A stretch of DNA of 64,000 nt from Octopus vulgaris (taxonomy: Eukaryota): NCBI GenBank assembly GCA_951406725.2, contig OX597815.1, positions 51,584,001-51,648,000 on the forward strand, in the 5' to 3' direction. Positions 62,960 through 64,000 of this stretch are shown here, piece by piece; position 1 is the first letter of the stretch; every line of letters starts with the position of its first letter. The position numbers and the translations under genes were made by a program. Below the pieces are notes generated by a model. The model had not been told where the DNA came from. It ran no database searches and saw nothing but the letters and a program-made list of their open reading frames with translations.

Positions 62960-64000
62960 AGAATGTAGGTAGTATGTAGGGAGAATGTAGGTAGTATGAA
63001 AGTAGTAAGGTGTTAAATGTTCAAATGACCTAAAAGTGATTCGTTATGGATTATAGCAGTGATTGGGACTGTTTTTTTAATGAATTCTTGGGAATCTCTC
63101 GAGTGTATCATTTTTAATATTTGCGTGTGTATTTGTGTTATTCTAAGGCTGTGGTAGATATGTCGTTTGTCGTAGACACATTCAAAAGGTGTCTGTATTT
63201 TGTAATAAAGAGAGTCTCTCTACTAATTCATTAGCTCCAGGTTGTATCGTCCCTGAACTGGTGGAGGGGAAAAATTCTGAAGCTTGGATTTTTTGTTATT
63301 GGCACAAATGTCTAAGTGCTGGCTGAATGCTATTTTTCTGTTCTGGGGAATTTTTATCTAGGATCTGTGCAGAGCCATTCTTTTACATAGACTGTTTTTT
63401 GTTTGGCCTATGTATTGCTCTATATCATATATATATATATATATATATATAGGTTGTACCTTAGCCTAAGGTCAGCCCTGATCCAGTTGAATTCTCATCA
63501 AAGGCATCAAGCATTAACTTTGGAATCTTTTTTTTCTTTCAGACAGTGTAGTCTAGGACAATATTTTCTGATGTGTCTTTTTCTTCTTGAATCAGTGGGG
63601 CGTAAGTGGAAGGAGATTTGACTGCTATTTTATGTAGGTCAAGCAACTCCACATGTTCCCTGGCTAGCTGACTGACATCACAGCAATTTTATGACTGTTA
63701 GAAATCATTATCTCCAGAGGATGTAGTTATAAAATAAGTCATTCTTGATCATAAAACAAATATCTGCAGGTAATGCCAGCATAATCTAAAGTTGTTATTT
63801 TTTACAGTTTAATCACTGAAACAATTAGAAGCAATCAGAGAACTTAAACTTTGCTGCAGACAGAAAACTAAAATAAAAAGAAATATTAACGCAGTTTACC
63901 ATTATTTTTATTATTATCATTATTATTATTTTTCATACATAATTTATATTCAACTTTAAGAACAAAATTTATTTATATTATAATAAATAAACTTTTACTC

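Larger units (their letters stand above)
62655..63420 (-). mobile_element. Penelope-like element 3' remnant (GIY-YIG endonuclease end, 3' UTR, hammerhead)
   Basis: Minus strand reads EQYIGQTKNSLCKRMALHRS*IKIPQNRKIAFSQHLDICA..RETLFITKY..LN, with (TA)n at both ends. Confidence 0.85.

Overview
AT-rich, microsatellite-dense eukaryotic DNA. The SINE, LINE and microsatellite content looks like an Octopus (cephalopod) intron or intergenic region; the organism is an inference. I found no intact host protein-coding gene, only two weak minus-strand exon candidates. The window is a mosaic of decayed transposable elements: mariner elements (one full-length with TIRs and TA TSD, one fold-back derivative), RTE LINEs of two lineages (one with a PHD finger inside the RT, one BovB-like), R4/Dong-like and CR1-like remnants, a Penelope-like (GIY-YIG) 3' end, non-autonomous Helitrons, piggyBac/hAT-type MITEs and many tRNA-derived SINEs. 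The most notable hidden signal is a set of minimal type I hammerhead ribozyme motifs in several unrelated short elements. One is intact, with a U3:A8 compensatory core, next to the Penelope endonuclease. Another belongs to a tRNA-headed (Pol III) SINE with a hammerhead tail, inserted as a head-to-head inverted pair with a single TSD; this is a candidate Penelope-mobilised 'ribozyme SINE'. All calls were made by eye, and TE boundaries are approximate unless a TIR or TSD is quoted.
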